Positions 25,031 to 38,687 are shown, counted from the stretch's first letter. The stretch is 64,000 nt of DNA from Phaeosaccion multiseriatum (GCA_965112735.1 OZ218953.1:4464001-4528000), one strand, 5' to 3'. Program-made: numbers and translations. Notes: a model not told the origin generated them from the sequence alone.

Positions 25031-27445
25031 TTATTGGAGCCCAAGGAAGACGGGCTCGGCCATGACAGGTGGCAGCTGCACGGGCCTGCCAAGCATTGTC
25101 GTGACTTTGACCAAGTGCACCACGCGTTCTCGGGCCTTGCGTAGCAGGCGGAGGCGCTGGCATGTGAAGGCAGAGGCCATGATGAGGCGATCGCCGCTGA
25201 TGCCAGCCTTTTGGAGTCGAGCTGTCTCGGCGGCCTCCTCCCGCTCCTCTTGACTTGCGCTGTCACTGCTACCACTATCGCTACTACCAAGGGGGTCGCT
25301 GCTGGGGCTAGGGCTAGTGCTGCCTCTCTCCTCCTCTCCAGCTTGGGTGATGAGCTGCTCCTCCTTGCAACAGCACAACATCACGGCCTCCAGTGCCTTG
25401 AGCTCCACCACCGCAGGACACCCCTCTTTAAAGCGAAGCAGGTCCTCCTCACTCCCCTCCCACCTCCTCACGACCTCCTCCCCCTCCTTCCCTTCCTCCC
25501 CTGCCTCCTCGTCGTTCTCTGATAGAGCCCAGGAGGCAGCCACTCTCAACGCGTACATGGTGAGAGGATGTGGGCCTACTCCCGTCACCACCCCTCGCCT
25601 CAAGTGCCGCCACAGCTGTCTGCCAGTGTCCCCACAGCTGAGGAGCGCCGTCTGCATGGCCCGAGTCACCGTGCCCTCTTCCAACAGCCACCTTCCCATG
25701 CTGGACAATACGTAATAGTCTGAGGGCGTGTCGCGCTCGACAAAGCCCTGTTTGTGCCATTGCATCGATGGAGTGGCATCCCAGGGCAGGAGTGCCAGCA
25801 GCACAGACAAGACAGTTCCAGTTCGTTATTTGGGTTAGGGTTTGGGGTTGCCTCCTTCACTGAGTCGCCACCGTCAGAGATGGATTCGAATCCATCCTTC
25901 GAGGAGGGCAGGCAGGCGGCAAGCAGCACGGTGGGGAGTGTTTGGATAAAGAGACATGGGACCGAGCGCTGACATGTGCACAACAAAACACTTCCACATA
26001 GATACGATAGGAGCGCAGGAGAAAACTTTTATAAAAAAACACCTCCATGCGACATGTCCAATAGAGCGCTTCACTTCACTCATAGTCGCGTGCCTCCTCG
26101 TGCCTTACTCACATAGCTCTGAAGAAGATCGTCGTTGGGAATCCGGCCGAAGGACAGGTATACCTGCTCCCCTGCCGCAAAGGCCATACCCGTAGAGACA
26201 GCGAGCTCCCTCTCCTGCCTCCTCCCCCCCGCTTCGTCCACTGCCACTGGCCGCCCTTCTTGTCCATTGTTCCTTGCGCCGCTGTTGTCCCTCTCTCCCA
26301 TGTCGTCAGCCGGCTTCGCCCAGTGCATGTGGGTGGATATCCGGCTGTAGTGATTGATGCTATCGATCAGAGGAACCAGCCCGACTCTGGCCTCTTGCGC
26401 TAAAGGCCCAGCGACTGCAGGAGGACTCTTGCGCATACGCTCTTCCTCGCTGGCGTCAGGCTCGGGGAAGAACGGCACCACATTGTCCGGCGGCAGCTCG
26501 AACGCCCTGCTCAACACCAGCGAGACGTGCCAATCCCAAAACGACGGGTCGGAGAGGGCCTCCAACAGTTTCGTCGGCAGGAACTTTTCCTCCTGCGTCG
26601 TAGCACAGTCTGCAAGCTCGGCTACCAGGCAGTCTCCATACACCGAAATGAGTCTCTTTCGGGCGGACAGCTGGGACAGCAAGTGAGGGTAGCGGAGAGC
26701 TTGGACGTGCTCGTGTGGCCATGCGAGCGGTACATCAAGCTCCTCGGCGCTGGGCAGGTTGTTGACGTATGCGGCCCAGTGGCTGCTGTCCCCCTTTAAG
26801 CGTTCCAGGGCCAGGATGACGGCCAGCCTACAGAACCACGGCAGCCTTTCCCAGGTGCGTGATGAAAGAGCTGCAGAGGGTAAACGAGACAAGGGGCAGA
26901 GCATGCTTACGTACAGGAGTAGGCAGACGGGGACGGAGACAAGCGACAGCGGGGATGGAGCAGGAGCTGGGATGGTAGCTGCTCGCAAGCACATTATCAT
27001 CATCATCATCGCCCCAAGATCCCACCTGGTCCCCCCAAAGCCTCAACACACCTGAAGCCAGCTCTGCGGGGGGCTCCTCGGGTCTGGATCGGTACACCCA
27101 CAGGAGATGGCTCTCAGGTACAGAAACGAGGGTGGCCCATGGACGGACGGCCTCAATTGCCTGCAGCCCCCGCAATCCGTCGAAGCTGTGGTGCTTGAGC
27201 GAGGCAGTCGAGAACTTGGGCTCCGCTTCTTTGGTGGCCCACGCTTCGAGATTTTCCTCACTACTACTCCTACTACGGCTGTGTAGAATGCCCCCCCCTG
27301 GTGCCGGAGCTGCCGCTAAAGCCCCTGGTCTTCCCCCACGGCTGGAAGCTACGCTGCTGATAGAAAGGAATGGCTGCAAAAAACCCACAACCTCGCCTTG
27401 CACCAATAGCAAACAAAGAAGAAGTGAGAATGCACCAAGGGACAT
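25031..27445 (-). CDS. SET-domain protein, Rubisco LSMT/SETD6-like, probably plastid-targeted
   Basis: Exons ~27445-27053, ~26871-26112, 25747-25031. Motifs GLRGLQA, LVSVP, SSHWAAYVNNLP, VLSRAF, LVPLIDSINH, GEQVYLSFG..PNDDLLQSY/GFV. N-terminus MSLGAFSLLLCLLLVQGEVVG-FLQP resembles a bipartite signal. Confidence 0.85.
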
Positions 27446-27836
27446 GGAGAGAGAGAGAGGGAGAGAGGTCAAAGCCAAAAGAGCAAAAGAGAGAGAGCGG
27501 GGTAATCGCGTTGGTTCTCGATCGGCGCCTGCTGTGAGTCCCACGATCACTTTTCGGGATGCCAAGCGATGCCCAAAAATTACAATTTTCCGTTTTCCAT
27601 AATTTTTTTCCTTCACACAGGGGGTGTTCAGCTCAGCTCAATTTGCTTTTATGCGGAAAGAAGCGTCTGTGTTTATGAACGAACAAGCAAAGAGCGAGGA
27701 GCAGAGAAGCTTCCGCAGTAGCAGGCAGTACACGCAGCAGCAAGAGTGGCAGAGTCCAGGAGAGACAAACTGATGCTTTTCGGACACGGAACATCCGGTA
27801 CCCCCGGTATGCCCAGGCAAGCTCCCCAACCTCCTC

Positions 27837-27883
<47 letters not shown>

Positions 27884-28091
27884 TTCTCTCCTCTCCTCTC
27901 CTCTCTCCACTCTCCCTCCTCTCTATCCCTCGTGTTTAGCCCTTCCACTTCTCTCCCCCCTTCTCTTCCTTTACCCTCTCTTCTATCTTTCTTTCCTTCC
28001 CTCCCTCCTCTCCTCCTCCTTCCCTACTCTCTGCTAACCCCTAAGCTCGCTCTTTCTACCCCCTACCAGGCTGCACAGGCCAGCCAATACC

Positions 28092-28816
28092 ATGATGCTT
28101 GACGGGGATATAGAGGAGAATGTGGATGACAAAAGGAGTGTGTTGGCGAAAGCCAAAAAAGCTGGCGTCATTACTGAATCCCAGAGAGACAGATGTGAGT
28201 GAGCTTGTCTAGCAGTTTTTGGGGTGCACGCAGCAGTTGCACACTCACAACCTGCAGTACTCTCCACCACCCCCGGCTGTGAACCCCTACTAACCAGTCA
28301 ACAAGCACCGCATCAGCTACCGAAACTATCACGGCAAGAGTAAACCTACCCAGGCCACGGAACATGATGACCTCATCTACGAGAAGGCTCTGGTGAGGGC
28401 AGGTCTCACAAGTGTGGACTCCTTTATCAAGAGCCACTTGGAGCTCAGCACGGTGGTGTACCTTCACGAGGTTCGATTCCACAGGTATATAGGAAGAGCC
28501 CCACGGTGGCGGTGATGATGGTGTTGATGGTGGTAATGGTGGTGATGGTGTGGTGGACACCATGGGTAGTGCTTGTGGCTTTGCACTGGGTTGCTGAGGT
28601 GGGGGAAGGAAAGCAACAAATGAAAAATGGATATGGCTTCTTCTAACGAGTTCAATGGACCGCTGTTTCAATGATCATCCGACAGAGATGTGGCTCTGTA
28701 CTGCGCGGAGTATTACAAGAATTGGAACCTTGTTTTCTTCCTCACCTCCATCACGCTCGGAGCCATGAGGTATGCCCGTGCGGTTTGTGTGCTCCGTAGG
28801 GGAGGTGGGGCGAGAG

Positions 28817-28857
<41 letters not shown>

Positions 28858-30692
28858 TGCGGCTTGCTCGGGCCCAGCCGAGCATGCTTACCACCACCAT
28901 CGCTCTGGTGATGCTCGCCCCCTCCAACTTCTCCCCCACCGCTGCTGCCCATTCATGCCTTGCTTTTCTTTCAGCTCCTTCCTCTCTTTCCTGGCGTCGA
29001 GCCAGTCCTTCAAGCAGGAGGCCCAGGTAAGGAGGAAGGAGGTGCGCAAGGGGGAGGGGGGGGTTAGGTAGAAGAGTTCCCTTAACGGCCAAGAAATGCT
29101 GAACGTGACGCTTTCACGCCCTTCTGCGGCTGCTCTCTCAAGTGCCTGACGTTATCCCCTCGCACATCTCTATATACTCCCTTCAAAGTCAATTGCCATT
29201 GCAGTTGGCCTCATAGGGACAATCGCAACGTTGCTTAACACAGCGCAGGTGCGTGAGTGAAACGATTTTTGGCGCGGGTGCTCCGGTTAGTCGGTTCTTC
29301 GCTCTGTCAAGCTGCAGCTGCAGGCGTGCACACCGAATACCACTCACTCTCTCTCCTTCCCCTTGTTGCTTGTTCCCTTCTCCACTCACTGCCTGTGACA
29401 CCTATAGACTGCTCTGGATTGGTCGACGAAGGCCAAGCTTTTCGGTGTGGCTGCACGGAGGTACAGCCTCATCCAGCAGCAAATCGAGGTGTGTCCAGCT
29501 CTGAAGCCCTCTGTTCCCGTTGGCAAAAGCAAAGGTCGAAGCAGTCTACTAACCCGGCCTTTGCGTTGGTTCTCGGCTTGTTGCTTCTTCTGCGCTTCAA
29601 TATGCCTTCCTTGCCGATCATGGATACATTCTCTCTCTCTCTCTCAGAACGAGATCTATATTACCAACGACACGACGTTGGATGACTGGCAGCGATGGTT
29701 CGACTTGATGGAAGCCGCGCAGAAAGAGGTTGAGGCCGCTCCCTCGGTAAGTCACACTGACTCACGACTGCCAGACTGCCAAACTACAGGGAGGATGGCT
29801 GGGCGGGGCGAGGGGCTGGGAGTCGAGGGGAGGGGGTTCGGTAGGTAGAGCATGGGGTGTGTATTAGCTGGTGTAGATTGTGTACGGTGTACGGTAGGTG
29901 GGTGAGTGGGGGGAAGGGGGGAAGCAACGGAGCACACGTCACCAACCCTGGCATATGTTCGCTTGCTACACTGCGACTGCCATCTTGTGATGCTGGACTC
30001 TTTGTTCCCGCTGCTTGATGGTGATGATGATGATGTTGATGATGATGATGATGAGATGATGTATGATGATGACGATGATGATGATGATGATGATGATGGT
30101 GATGATCCTATCCTCTGGCCCTTCCTGAACAACCCGCGCCTGCCTGTTCGTTTCAAAGTGGATGATTCAGAAGGCTAAGAAGCTGGAGGAGCACAATCTG
30201 AAGCGGGTTGATGGAATGCTCCGAGTGGGGATCGGACGGCGTATCTGGATGTCGCTGAAGCACTGCTGCTGCGGCACCTACGTCTATGAAGATAAACAGG
30301 CGCAGAGTGCCCAGGCTAAGCAGATGGGTAAGTCTGCTGCCAAGGTGCGGATGTCGAGCTTGAGGAACAATGCCATGGCAGAGGCTGCAGAGGAAGCCCG
30401 AATGGAGAAGGCAGAGGGCCTTAAGTCTGCTCCATCCCATGACGGGCATATGGCCGCTATAGCGGAGGGGAAGGAGGAGGAGTATGAAAGTCGCAATCGT
30501 ATCGCCACTAAGCCTGCTACTATCCAGAGGAACACCTCGGAAGGCTCCTCAGAGGATGAGAAGGAGGAGCAACATCGTGCTGCCTCAGAGAGTGCCACGG
30601 ATCCGGCGAGCAACTCGGAGAGCAAGGAGGAAAAGGATGATGCGACCTTCATGGAGAATGCCAGGAACAGCCTCTTCTCTTTCGTCACGTAA
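28092..30692 (+). CDS. SLATT-like two-transmembrane domain protein, 8 exons
   Basis: Exons 28092-28194, 28298-28484, 28686-28769, 28975-29026, 29189-29248, 29408-29488, 29648-29746, 30159-30692 join in phase. Core: HRDVALYCAEYYKNWNLVFFLTSITLGAMSSFLSFLA...SIAIAVGLIGTIATLLNTAQTALDWSTKAKLFGVAARRYSLIQQQIENE. The gene model is firm; the family call is by pattern only. Confidence 0.65.
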
Positions 30693-31062
30693 CGAGTGTG
30701 GCCTACTCTCTACCGGGCACGCACGCACGCACCAACATCGACCAACACACCCGCGCGCGCGCACGCACACACGCAGGCCTCTCTCTTTCTCGCTCATGAG
30801 TCTTTTACCCTATCTTTTTTCGATCTTCCGCTTTATTAAGCCAAACAGTAGCATACACTATACAAAAAAAGGAAGAAGAGGAGAGGAGAAGGGGGGAAGG
30901 GGGAGGTGGGAGGGGTGGATTTTGCAATGAATGTGTCATCGATACATGGTCTCGACATCGATATTTTTTTTCTCCTCACATTCCTCCCACTCGATCCACA
31001 CTCTCTCAATCCTCTCTCCTCTCCCTTGGTTCCATGCTTTCTTAGCCCGGCTAGGGGAGGCG

Positions 31063-34000
31063 ATGGGCGTGCGTCGAGGCTTGGGCGAAGCGCCGTCAGC
31101 TGCTAAGGTCCTGGTAGTCTTATTGCTGACCAACGGGAGCAGTAGATTTTCAGCTTTCCAGCCTCTCTCAATCTCCACCTGGCCTTCCAAAGTGCAGTCC
31201 GCAGGACGGGGTGACAGAGCAGCAGGGAGTGAGAGGGGGACCTTTCACGCAAGGCAGCACGAGCGTCATCTTCGACGGCAAGCACGCGTGGTGTGCTTGG
31301 CTGCAGCGGGAGGACGAGGACAAGGAGGAGGAGGAGGACCAGGAGGAGGAGGAGGAGGAGGAGTAGGGGGTAGACTTATAAGTGAGTGCATGTAGCAGCC
31401 ACCGCGCCTCTGCACACTCATTCTGAACTGCCGTGTGGAATGCTTACCACTTTCTCTCCCTGTATCGACCTAACCAACTGCCAAGCCATGAGTCTCTCCT
31501 CGGTGGGGCGGACACCCTGCCAATCGATCTCATGCAAACTTCTTCTGCATCTTCTGTGCTTCTACGCAGGTGATGCCAGGCTTAGCGATAGGGGCGGGGG
31601 CGGTGGCGGCGGTGGGGGCGGTAATGGGGGTGGTGGGGGGGGCGAGACTGGGGGAGGAGGAGGAGGCGACCTTCCCCCTCAGGAGGCAGCACTCGCGCCA
31701 GACGATAGCATCATTGGAGTCGCCGTTCCAGAGGGAGACTCGACATCCTCGGAAGAGCAGAAAGAACAGAAGGAGGGGGAAGAGGAGTACGACGACGATG
31801 ATGAGGAGGACGAGGAGGACGAGGAGGACGAAGAGGATGAATACCCAGCGCTCCCCTCGTCCGAGGACAGGGCACACGTGCTCAGTGGCTATATGCATCG
31901 AAAGTTCCTCAAGTGGCGGTCACAGAGCCTAATCCTGCGCTTCGCCTACGACGTGTGTGCTTCTGTGGACGCTGGATACACAGAGGCCAGCAGGGTGGTG
32001 GCGAGCACAGCACGCCAAGCCAGGAAGGAGATATCCCCCATCCATCTGCTGCTCTCAGGGCTAACGGCCCTCAAGCCCAGCCATGCCATTACCACGGTGA
32101 GGAACCTCACGGCGGTGAGCAGTGTGCTTCTGGCCCTGGCCTTCTTCACGGAGTTGATTGGTCCTGGAGGAGTGACGCCCATGCCGCAGGTGGGGTTGGA
32201 GCTGATGCAAGACAAGCTGCAGCAACAGCTCAACGCGGAAACGAAGTCGGCAAGGGGTGAGAACCCTGAGGGCGAGAACTACGCCGGCCTTGACTCGAAT
32301 TACGCAGGCCTGTTCTTCCGAGGATTTGGCGACAGGTGGGCACGGCGGCCGCCTGCTGATGCTGATGCTGTACCCTACGCTTTAGTCACGGGGGCCAGTA
32401 GTGGCATCGGCAAGGCTATTGCTCTGGTGAGTGAGTCAGTGCGTGCGTGTGCGCGTGAGTGGGTGAGAGTGCGTTGTTGTGTGGGGTGAATTTCCCTTCG
32501 AAGTTTCAGTGTTCTATTCTCCTTGATTGATGCCCTGCTGCTGACTCCTCCTTCTCCGCTTCCTCAACATTACTTTACTTGTAATTCCATGCATCACAAC
32601 ATGCACACACCATCCCATTACGTACGTATGTAACGGCTGCTCAGGAGCTCTCTCTCAAGGGCTACAATCTCATTCTTGTGGGCAGGGATAGGAGAAAGCT
32701 CAAGCGTATGGGCAAGCAGCTCAAGGGCTTCTACAAGGAACACTATGACAAATCGATGGCAGACTGGGACAGAAAGAATCTTTCCAGTAACAACACGGCG
32801 GCCGGTCAGATGGAACATGTACCAGGCGGCGGCGATGGAGGCGGCAGAAAGACCAAGAGCAAGGCCCAAACACGCAAGGAAAAGAAGGAAGCGAAAGCCA
32901 ACAAGATTGAGAGAGAGGCAGGAGGAGACATTTGCGTCCAAGTGATTCAAGCCGACCTTAGTGACTTCTCGGCAGCTGACGATGTCTATCGGGAGGTGAA
33001 GCGTATGGGTCTAACTGTGGACCTGTTGGTCAACAGTGCTGGTGTGTGCTGGAAGGACCTAGTCAACGACACCCCGTCGGACAAGGTGGTGGAGATGGTG
33101 AGTCAGAGCGGAAGGGAGGGAGGGGGGGGGGGGGATAGGGAGGTGGGGAGGGAACAAGGGATGGAGGGAATCACTCTGGTCACCTTTCACTTTCCCTGCG
33201 GGGAAGGAGGAGAGGGGGGAGGGAGGGAGAAGGTTTGTTTGTGTGAGGAGAAGGGGAGGGAGCGAAAGGACAGCACTGAGAGGGGAGAGGAAGAAGAATG
33301 GAATGCCCGCTCCCCCGTTCGGCTGATGGTTTGTACGGGGGGGAGCAAACAAGGCTGCTGATACCCACCTCGTGTTTGTGTGCGAGTTGGGTTGGATGGG
33401 GGAGATACGTGGTTACCTGACTGACTTCCCCTCCCCTACTTCGCACACGCACACGCGCTCTCTCTCGCGCGCATACACACACCCTCTCTCTCGCACATAT
33501 ACACACACACACTCTTTCTCTCTCTCTCTCACACACACACACACATACCAACACCCCCACCCTCGGGTCCGTCTCGTCTCAAAGGTGAACACGAACATTA
33601 TGAGCACGACTCAGATGAGCCGCTTATTCGGGGTAGATATGTGCAGCAGACGAAGGGGGCGTATCCTCAACATCTCCTCCATCACCTCGGCGTCCCCCAA
33701 TCCTTCTGTGGCTGTGTATGCGGCCACCAAGAGCTATCTGACGAGCTTCACGCAGGCGCTGCAGGTGGAGATGGAGAGGCACGGGGTGGGGGTTACTTGC
33801 TCCATGCCCGGTGAGTGAGGGGAGGGAGGAAGGGAGGAGGGATTGAGTGAGTGAGTGAGTAAGTGACTGAGAGAGAGAGTGGTTGAGTTAGAGAGAGTGA
33901 CTGAGTGAGTGAGGCAGAGAGAGTGGGAAAGTGAGTAAGAGAGTGCGTGTTAGGGCCGCCCAAGTAGGAAGGGCTTAAGTTCCATGCTCTACTCTCCTTC

Positions 34001-34398
34001 CCTCCCTCCCCTTCCTTCTTCTCTGACCCCCCTCCCTCCCTCCCTCCCTCCCTCTCTGCCTCCGCCCTTGCTGCCTTCCATTCTCCGTCCACCGTACTCC
34101 TCCTCCTCCTCCTCCTCCTCCTCCTCCTCCTCCTCCTCCTCCTCCTCCTCCCCTCTTCCTAGGCCCGACCGCCACCAAGTTCGGAGCCAGCTCCAACGCC
34201 AAACGCGCCCTGGCCTTCCGCCTCCCTTTGGGGGCCACCATGAGGCCGCAGCAAGTGGCCGAGCAGAGCGTTGACGCGATGCTGAGAGGTGACCCTGTGG
34301 TGGTGCATGGGGCTATCAACAAGTTCTTTGTGCATGCTTTCGCTCCGCTGGCACCTCGTAGGCTGCTCATGCGGTTTGTCGAGAGGTTTTGGGGGTAG
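31063..34398 (+). CDS. Short-chain dehydrogenase/reductase (DltE/17-beta-HSD-like) with long N-terminal extension, probably plastid-targeted
   Basis: ALVTGASSGIGKAIA, QADLSD, LLVNSAG, ILNISS, YAATKS (YxxxK), MPGPTATKF. N-terminus KVLVVLLL...FSA-FQP resembles ASAFAP. Confidence 0.85.
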
Positions 34399-34620
34399 GG
34401 TAGGGTAAGGTAGGGTAAGGTAGGATAGTCTTGAGTCGAGTGGTACCTTGGGGGCCTCGTGAATGGCTCTGGCGTCGCGTCGACACATAATTCGAACTGT
34501 GCCTCTCACTAATTTTATCATTCTTTCGTGTATGGTAAGTACTCTTCCAAAACTTCGCGATTTTTCATTCACTCTCAGCTATGGGTTGTATGTATATGTG
34601 TTGGTGATTCATTCACTCAC

Positions 34621-37600
34621 TCAGCCCCTGAGCATGCTCAACACAACCTCCTCCTGCTCTGCCACGCTGAGCTTCTTCTTGCCCTTGCCCTTGCCCTTGG
34701 TTTTGGCACTCGCCGCAGACTTTCTCTTCCTGCCACCCTCCTCCTCACTCTCGTCCTCAGAACCGCCACCTCCTTCACTGTCACCACTGCCACTGCCGCT
34801 GTCGCTGCCCGATGCAGACTCGCCAGACTCGTCGCTACCGCTATCACTCTCCTCCTCCTCGTCATCGGAGCTGCCCCCCAGTGTGACCTCCATGCCCCCG
34901 CCCCCCCCTCCGCCCTCATCCCTGGCCTTGTTGGCCTTGATCTTCCGATTAAGATGCAGCTCCCTAACACGTTGCCTCTCAGCCTCCTTATCCTCCCCCT
35001 CCATAGCCTTGAGCCGAAGCGCTACCCTAGCAACATGCTCGGCGTTCGCTCGACTTAGTGCCTCCTTCGAGGGAGGAGCCGCCTTCTCCTCAGTTGATGC
35101 CCCCTCACGAAGCGAATGAGCATAGTCGCGCAGCGGGGCACGCTGTTCTTCGTTCACCTCCCCATCCTCTGTAAAGACTGTCTTGGTGCCCCCTGCGTGT
35201 GTGGCATCCACTGCCACACCGTCCCTAGTGATGCGGTGCTTTCTCTTTCGCTTCTTGTCCGTTTCCGCCGCCGCCTCTGCCATCTCCTCCGCCTCTGCCC
35301 TGACCTCTGCCTTGCTACTGACGCGATCGCTGGTGCCCCGCTTCTTCACAACGAGCAGCCCGGCCTCACCGTCATCATCACCATCAGAGTCATCTCCGAA
35401 GCCCGCCCTTGCCTCTGCAGGTAACGGTTGTTGCCCCTTCTTGGCTGCTGCCGTTGCTGCTGCTGCTGCTGCTGCCACTGCTTCCCTCCCTGCCTTACCA
35501 CCCGCAAGGACCGCAGCCGCCTCCGTCTCCTTCCCTGCCTTCGCCAAGCGTTTGGCCAGCTTCTCCAGTTTGATTTGCTCTTTGAGCCGCTGCAGCGAGC
35601 GATTCACATTCTTTTTCGCTCGGCACTCCTCTCTCATCTCTTCCACTGAAGCCGCTCCTCCTCCTTGCCCCCTCCCCGCTGCCGAGGTGAGGCCTTTCAT
35701 CTTAGGAGCTGACGCCAGTCCTAGAGAGGCGGCGAACTCTTCCAAGGGCAGGGCGGTAGCGTCGAAAATAGACCGGTCTGGTTGGAGCTGCACAGATCGA
35801 ACGTACGAGTGGAATGCCTGAGGGAGGGAAGGAGTGGGGGGGGGGGGGTGGATAGGGGAGCAGAGGGGTAAAAGACGGAGGAGAGGGTAGGGATGGGGGG
35901 AGTTAGGTGGAGGTGGGGCGACGATTAGCAAGCAATTGGGAAGAGAGAAAGGACACAACAACAGGGTGAAGACAGAAAAAAAGGCAGCAGCAGCAGCAGC
36001 AGCAGCAGGAGCAGGAGTAGGAGTAGAAGCAGCAGCAGCAGCTACGGAGTTCCAATCGCCCCCATTGCCACCTCCACCCCCCCCCAAGGCAGGTTTGCTT
36101 GCCTACTTTTGCCGATATGCCTACATACCCCCCCTCTTTTCTTCAGGACACGCTTACCCCCTCCTAACCCCCTCAACCCCCCCTCACCTTATCCGCGAGA
36201 CGCTTCCTATCAGGGTCCGCCGCCACAAAAGCCGCCGCTCTCTTCGTGGCCGCTCCTGCCTGCTTCATCTTGTCAGGATTGATGGTGAGACGCTTGACAG
36301 GGATGCTTGCCGTCTTGAGGCTCTCCAACATGCCCTTCTCCTCCGAGGGCAGCAACAGCATGAGGGCCCGGCCGCCGCTCTTGTAACGGGCGGTGCGTCC
36401 CACGCGGTGCACGTATGTGGCGCTACAGAGGACACATCGTAGAACAATTGGGTGGGTGGGTAGGTGAGACAACAGGAAAGGCAGCTACGAAGCAAGCAAG
36501 TACTGCCACCCTACTTCCCTGCCTCCCACCTCCTACTTCTGCACTACTACAGACAATGCCTCCTGCCTCCTCCTTACCATCGTCCTGTCATGTAGGGCAA
36601 CTAACGGAAACTCAACCTGTGCGTCCTATCTTCTCCCTTTCCTCTCTCTCACCTGCTTTCTGGGGCATCCACCTGCAGGACCCAGTCAACACCCGGAAAA
36701 TCAAGCCCTCTTGCGGCAATGTCCGTAGCGAAGAGCGCAGCGGCAGGCCGGCGCAGAAAGTCCATGTAGGTATCGGTCCTCCTCTCTTGCTTGAGCTTGC
36801 CGTGGAGAGCCAACAAGGGAAGGCCAGGTTGCAACCCACACATGAGCTCGTAGGCGAAGCGAACCTGCGCACAGCTGCTCATAAATACGAGGATCCTGGA
36901 GGAGAGGTGCGATTTGAAGAAGCTAAACACCACATTGAGCTTCTGTTCGAGCTTGCATATCACATAATGCTGGACCAGGCGTTTGGGTGTGGGGGCCTCG
37001 TCTTCTTCTTGCTTCCCCTCCTCACCCCCCTCCCCTCCTCCTGCTGCTGCCGCTACTGCTACTGCTGCTGTTGCAGCTTCTTGTCCTTCTCCCTCTCCTC
37101 TTCCCACGGCCACATACTCCACCAACCCCTTGTTGAGACTCAATCGGGCCAGGTCCTTAACACTTCTCGTCTGCGTGGCGCTGAAGAGAAGCGTCTGTCT
37201 ATCCGGAGGCAGGTAGGTCAGTATGGAGTTGAGCTGGTCCTTGAACCCCATATCGAGGCAGCGATCAGCCTCATCGAGCACCAGCATCTGGAGCTGTGAG
37301 GGGTCGAAGTTTGGCGTCTGCTCGAGGTGCTGCAGGAGACGGCCTGGAGTGGCGATCAACACGTTCATTGACACCACTCGAAGCTGCATAGTGGTGTATG
37401 TATAGTAGTACAGAAGGCACGAGGCAAGAGGGAAAGCGGCAAGAGGTAAGGGGCCGAGTGAGCGAGAAGGGGACGGAATGGGTGCGTGGATGTACAGCAA
37501 GTGTGCACGTGCAGAGCGCTCCCACTGCCCCCAGTCACACCATTCCTCGTGGTCAGGGCCCGGGGAGGACATAAGACAAGGACGCACACAATAAGACGAA

Positions 37601-38480
37601 AGACGAAAGATGACCGAAAGGACGAAGTCACGAGGGAATGCCTTGCTGCAGCACCGCACCTGTTCGCCTTGGTAGTCTCTGCCCCCCCCCGTGATTACCC
37701 CCGCCGAAAGCGCTTGGTATTTGCCTGCCACCTTGAGCACCTGGAAGATCTGCAGAGCAAGTTCCCTGGTGGGGCTAATGATTATGGCCCCCAAGCCGTC
37801 GCTGAGTGCCCAGCGCTGGCGGTATAGTGCCTCCAACAGCGGCACCACGAAGGCCAGCGTCTTACCCGAGCCGGTGCGGGCGGCGCCGAGCACGTCACGC
37901 CCGGCCAATGCGTGTGGTAGAGCTGCCAACTGAATGTCTGCAGCAGGGAGAGAGCGAGCGAGAGGCCAACGACAGTAAGGACGAGGGAGGGGACAAGAGG
38001 CGAGAAAAAATACGGCCCTCGACTGTCTCTCTGGCCCTGTCAGACAGACGCTACTCACGGAGCTCAGGCAATGTGGTGTGGAAATGGAAGATGAAGGGGC
38101 AAAGGCACACATCCGCGTCACTGTACGACTGTCTTGACTTCATCTTCTCTTCCTCATCGTCCCCCCCCCCCCTTCTCCTTTCTCTTCCTCTTCCTAATCC
38201 CTCTCTTACCCGTCATGTCCGTAAATCCACCTGCCTCCAGCCCCGCCAGAGTCCTCTCGGACACGGGCAGGTCCTTGAACATGGGCTGCTTCTTCTTCTG
38301 GCCCTTGCCGCCATCTCCTTCAATGAAAGGCTGTGTGCCCGGAGGCGGAGCTTCCTCTTTCACCCGGCGCTCAAGCTCGCGAACCTCCTCCTGCTCATTC
38401 CCAAAGGACGGTGCAGCCTTCCTCCTGGCGTGTGGGCGGTCATACCCCCTTCCGTGGCTCCGAGGCCTCTTGCGATGCAT
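34621..38480 (-). CDS. DDX10: DEAD-box RNA helicase DDX10/Dbp4
   Basis: Q motif (FKDLPVS...GF..MT/DIQ), ARTGSGKTLAF, SPTRELALQ, TPGRLLQHL, DEAD, SAT, LHGKLKQERR, TDIAARGLDFPGVDWVLQVDAPE, YVHRVGRTARY, AFHSYVRSV, FAASLGL. Confidence 0.92.
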
Positions 38481-38687
38481 ATTTCCAACCCCCCTCTTTC
38501 TCAAAATGTCCTCCCCACACAGTCGACATCCACAGTCGACCAAAAACTGAAACGCATCCTAAAATTGAAGCCGCGCGGCGGCCGCCGGATATACAGCACA
38601 CGGGCGATTCGCGCAAAAAAAAAGCGAGAGAGAGGAGAGGAGAGAAGACGAGCAAACCAGAAAACCCATGTGAAGACCGCCTGGAGA
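38481..38687. promoter_or_regulatory. Putative bidirectional promoter between DDX10 and the GRAM/VASt gene
   Basis: 207 bp between the inferred divergent ATGs. Confidence 0.45.

Noticed and set aside
25826-25850. Telomere-like TTTGGGTTAGGGTTTGGGG (also GTAGG runs at 34395)
   Set aside because: Only 2-4 degenerate units, in a genome full of short microsatellites.
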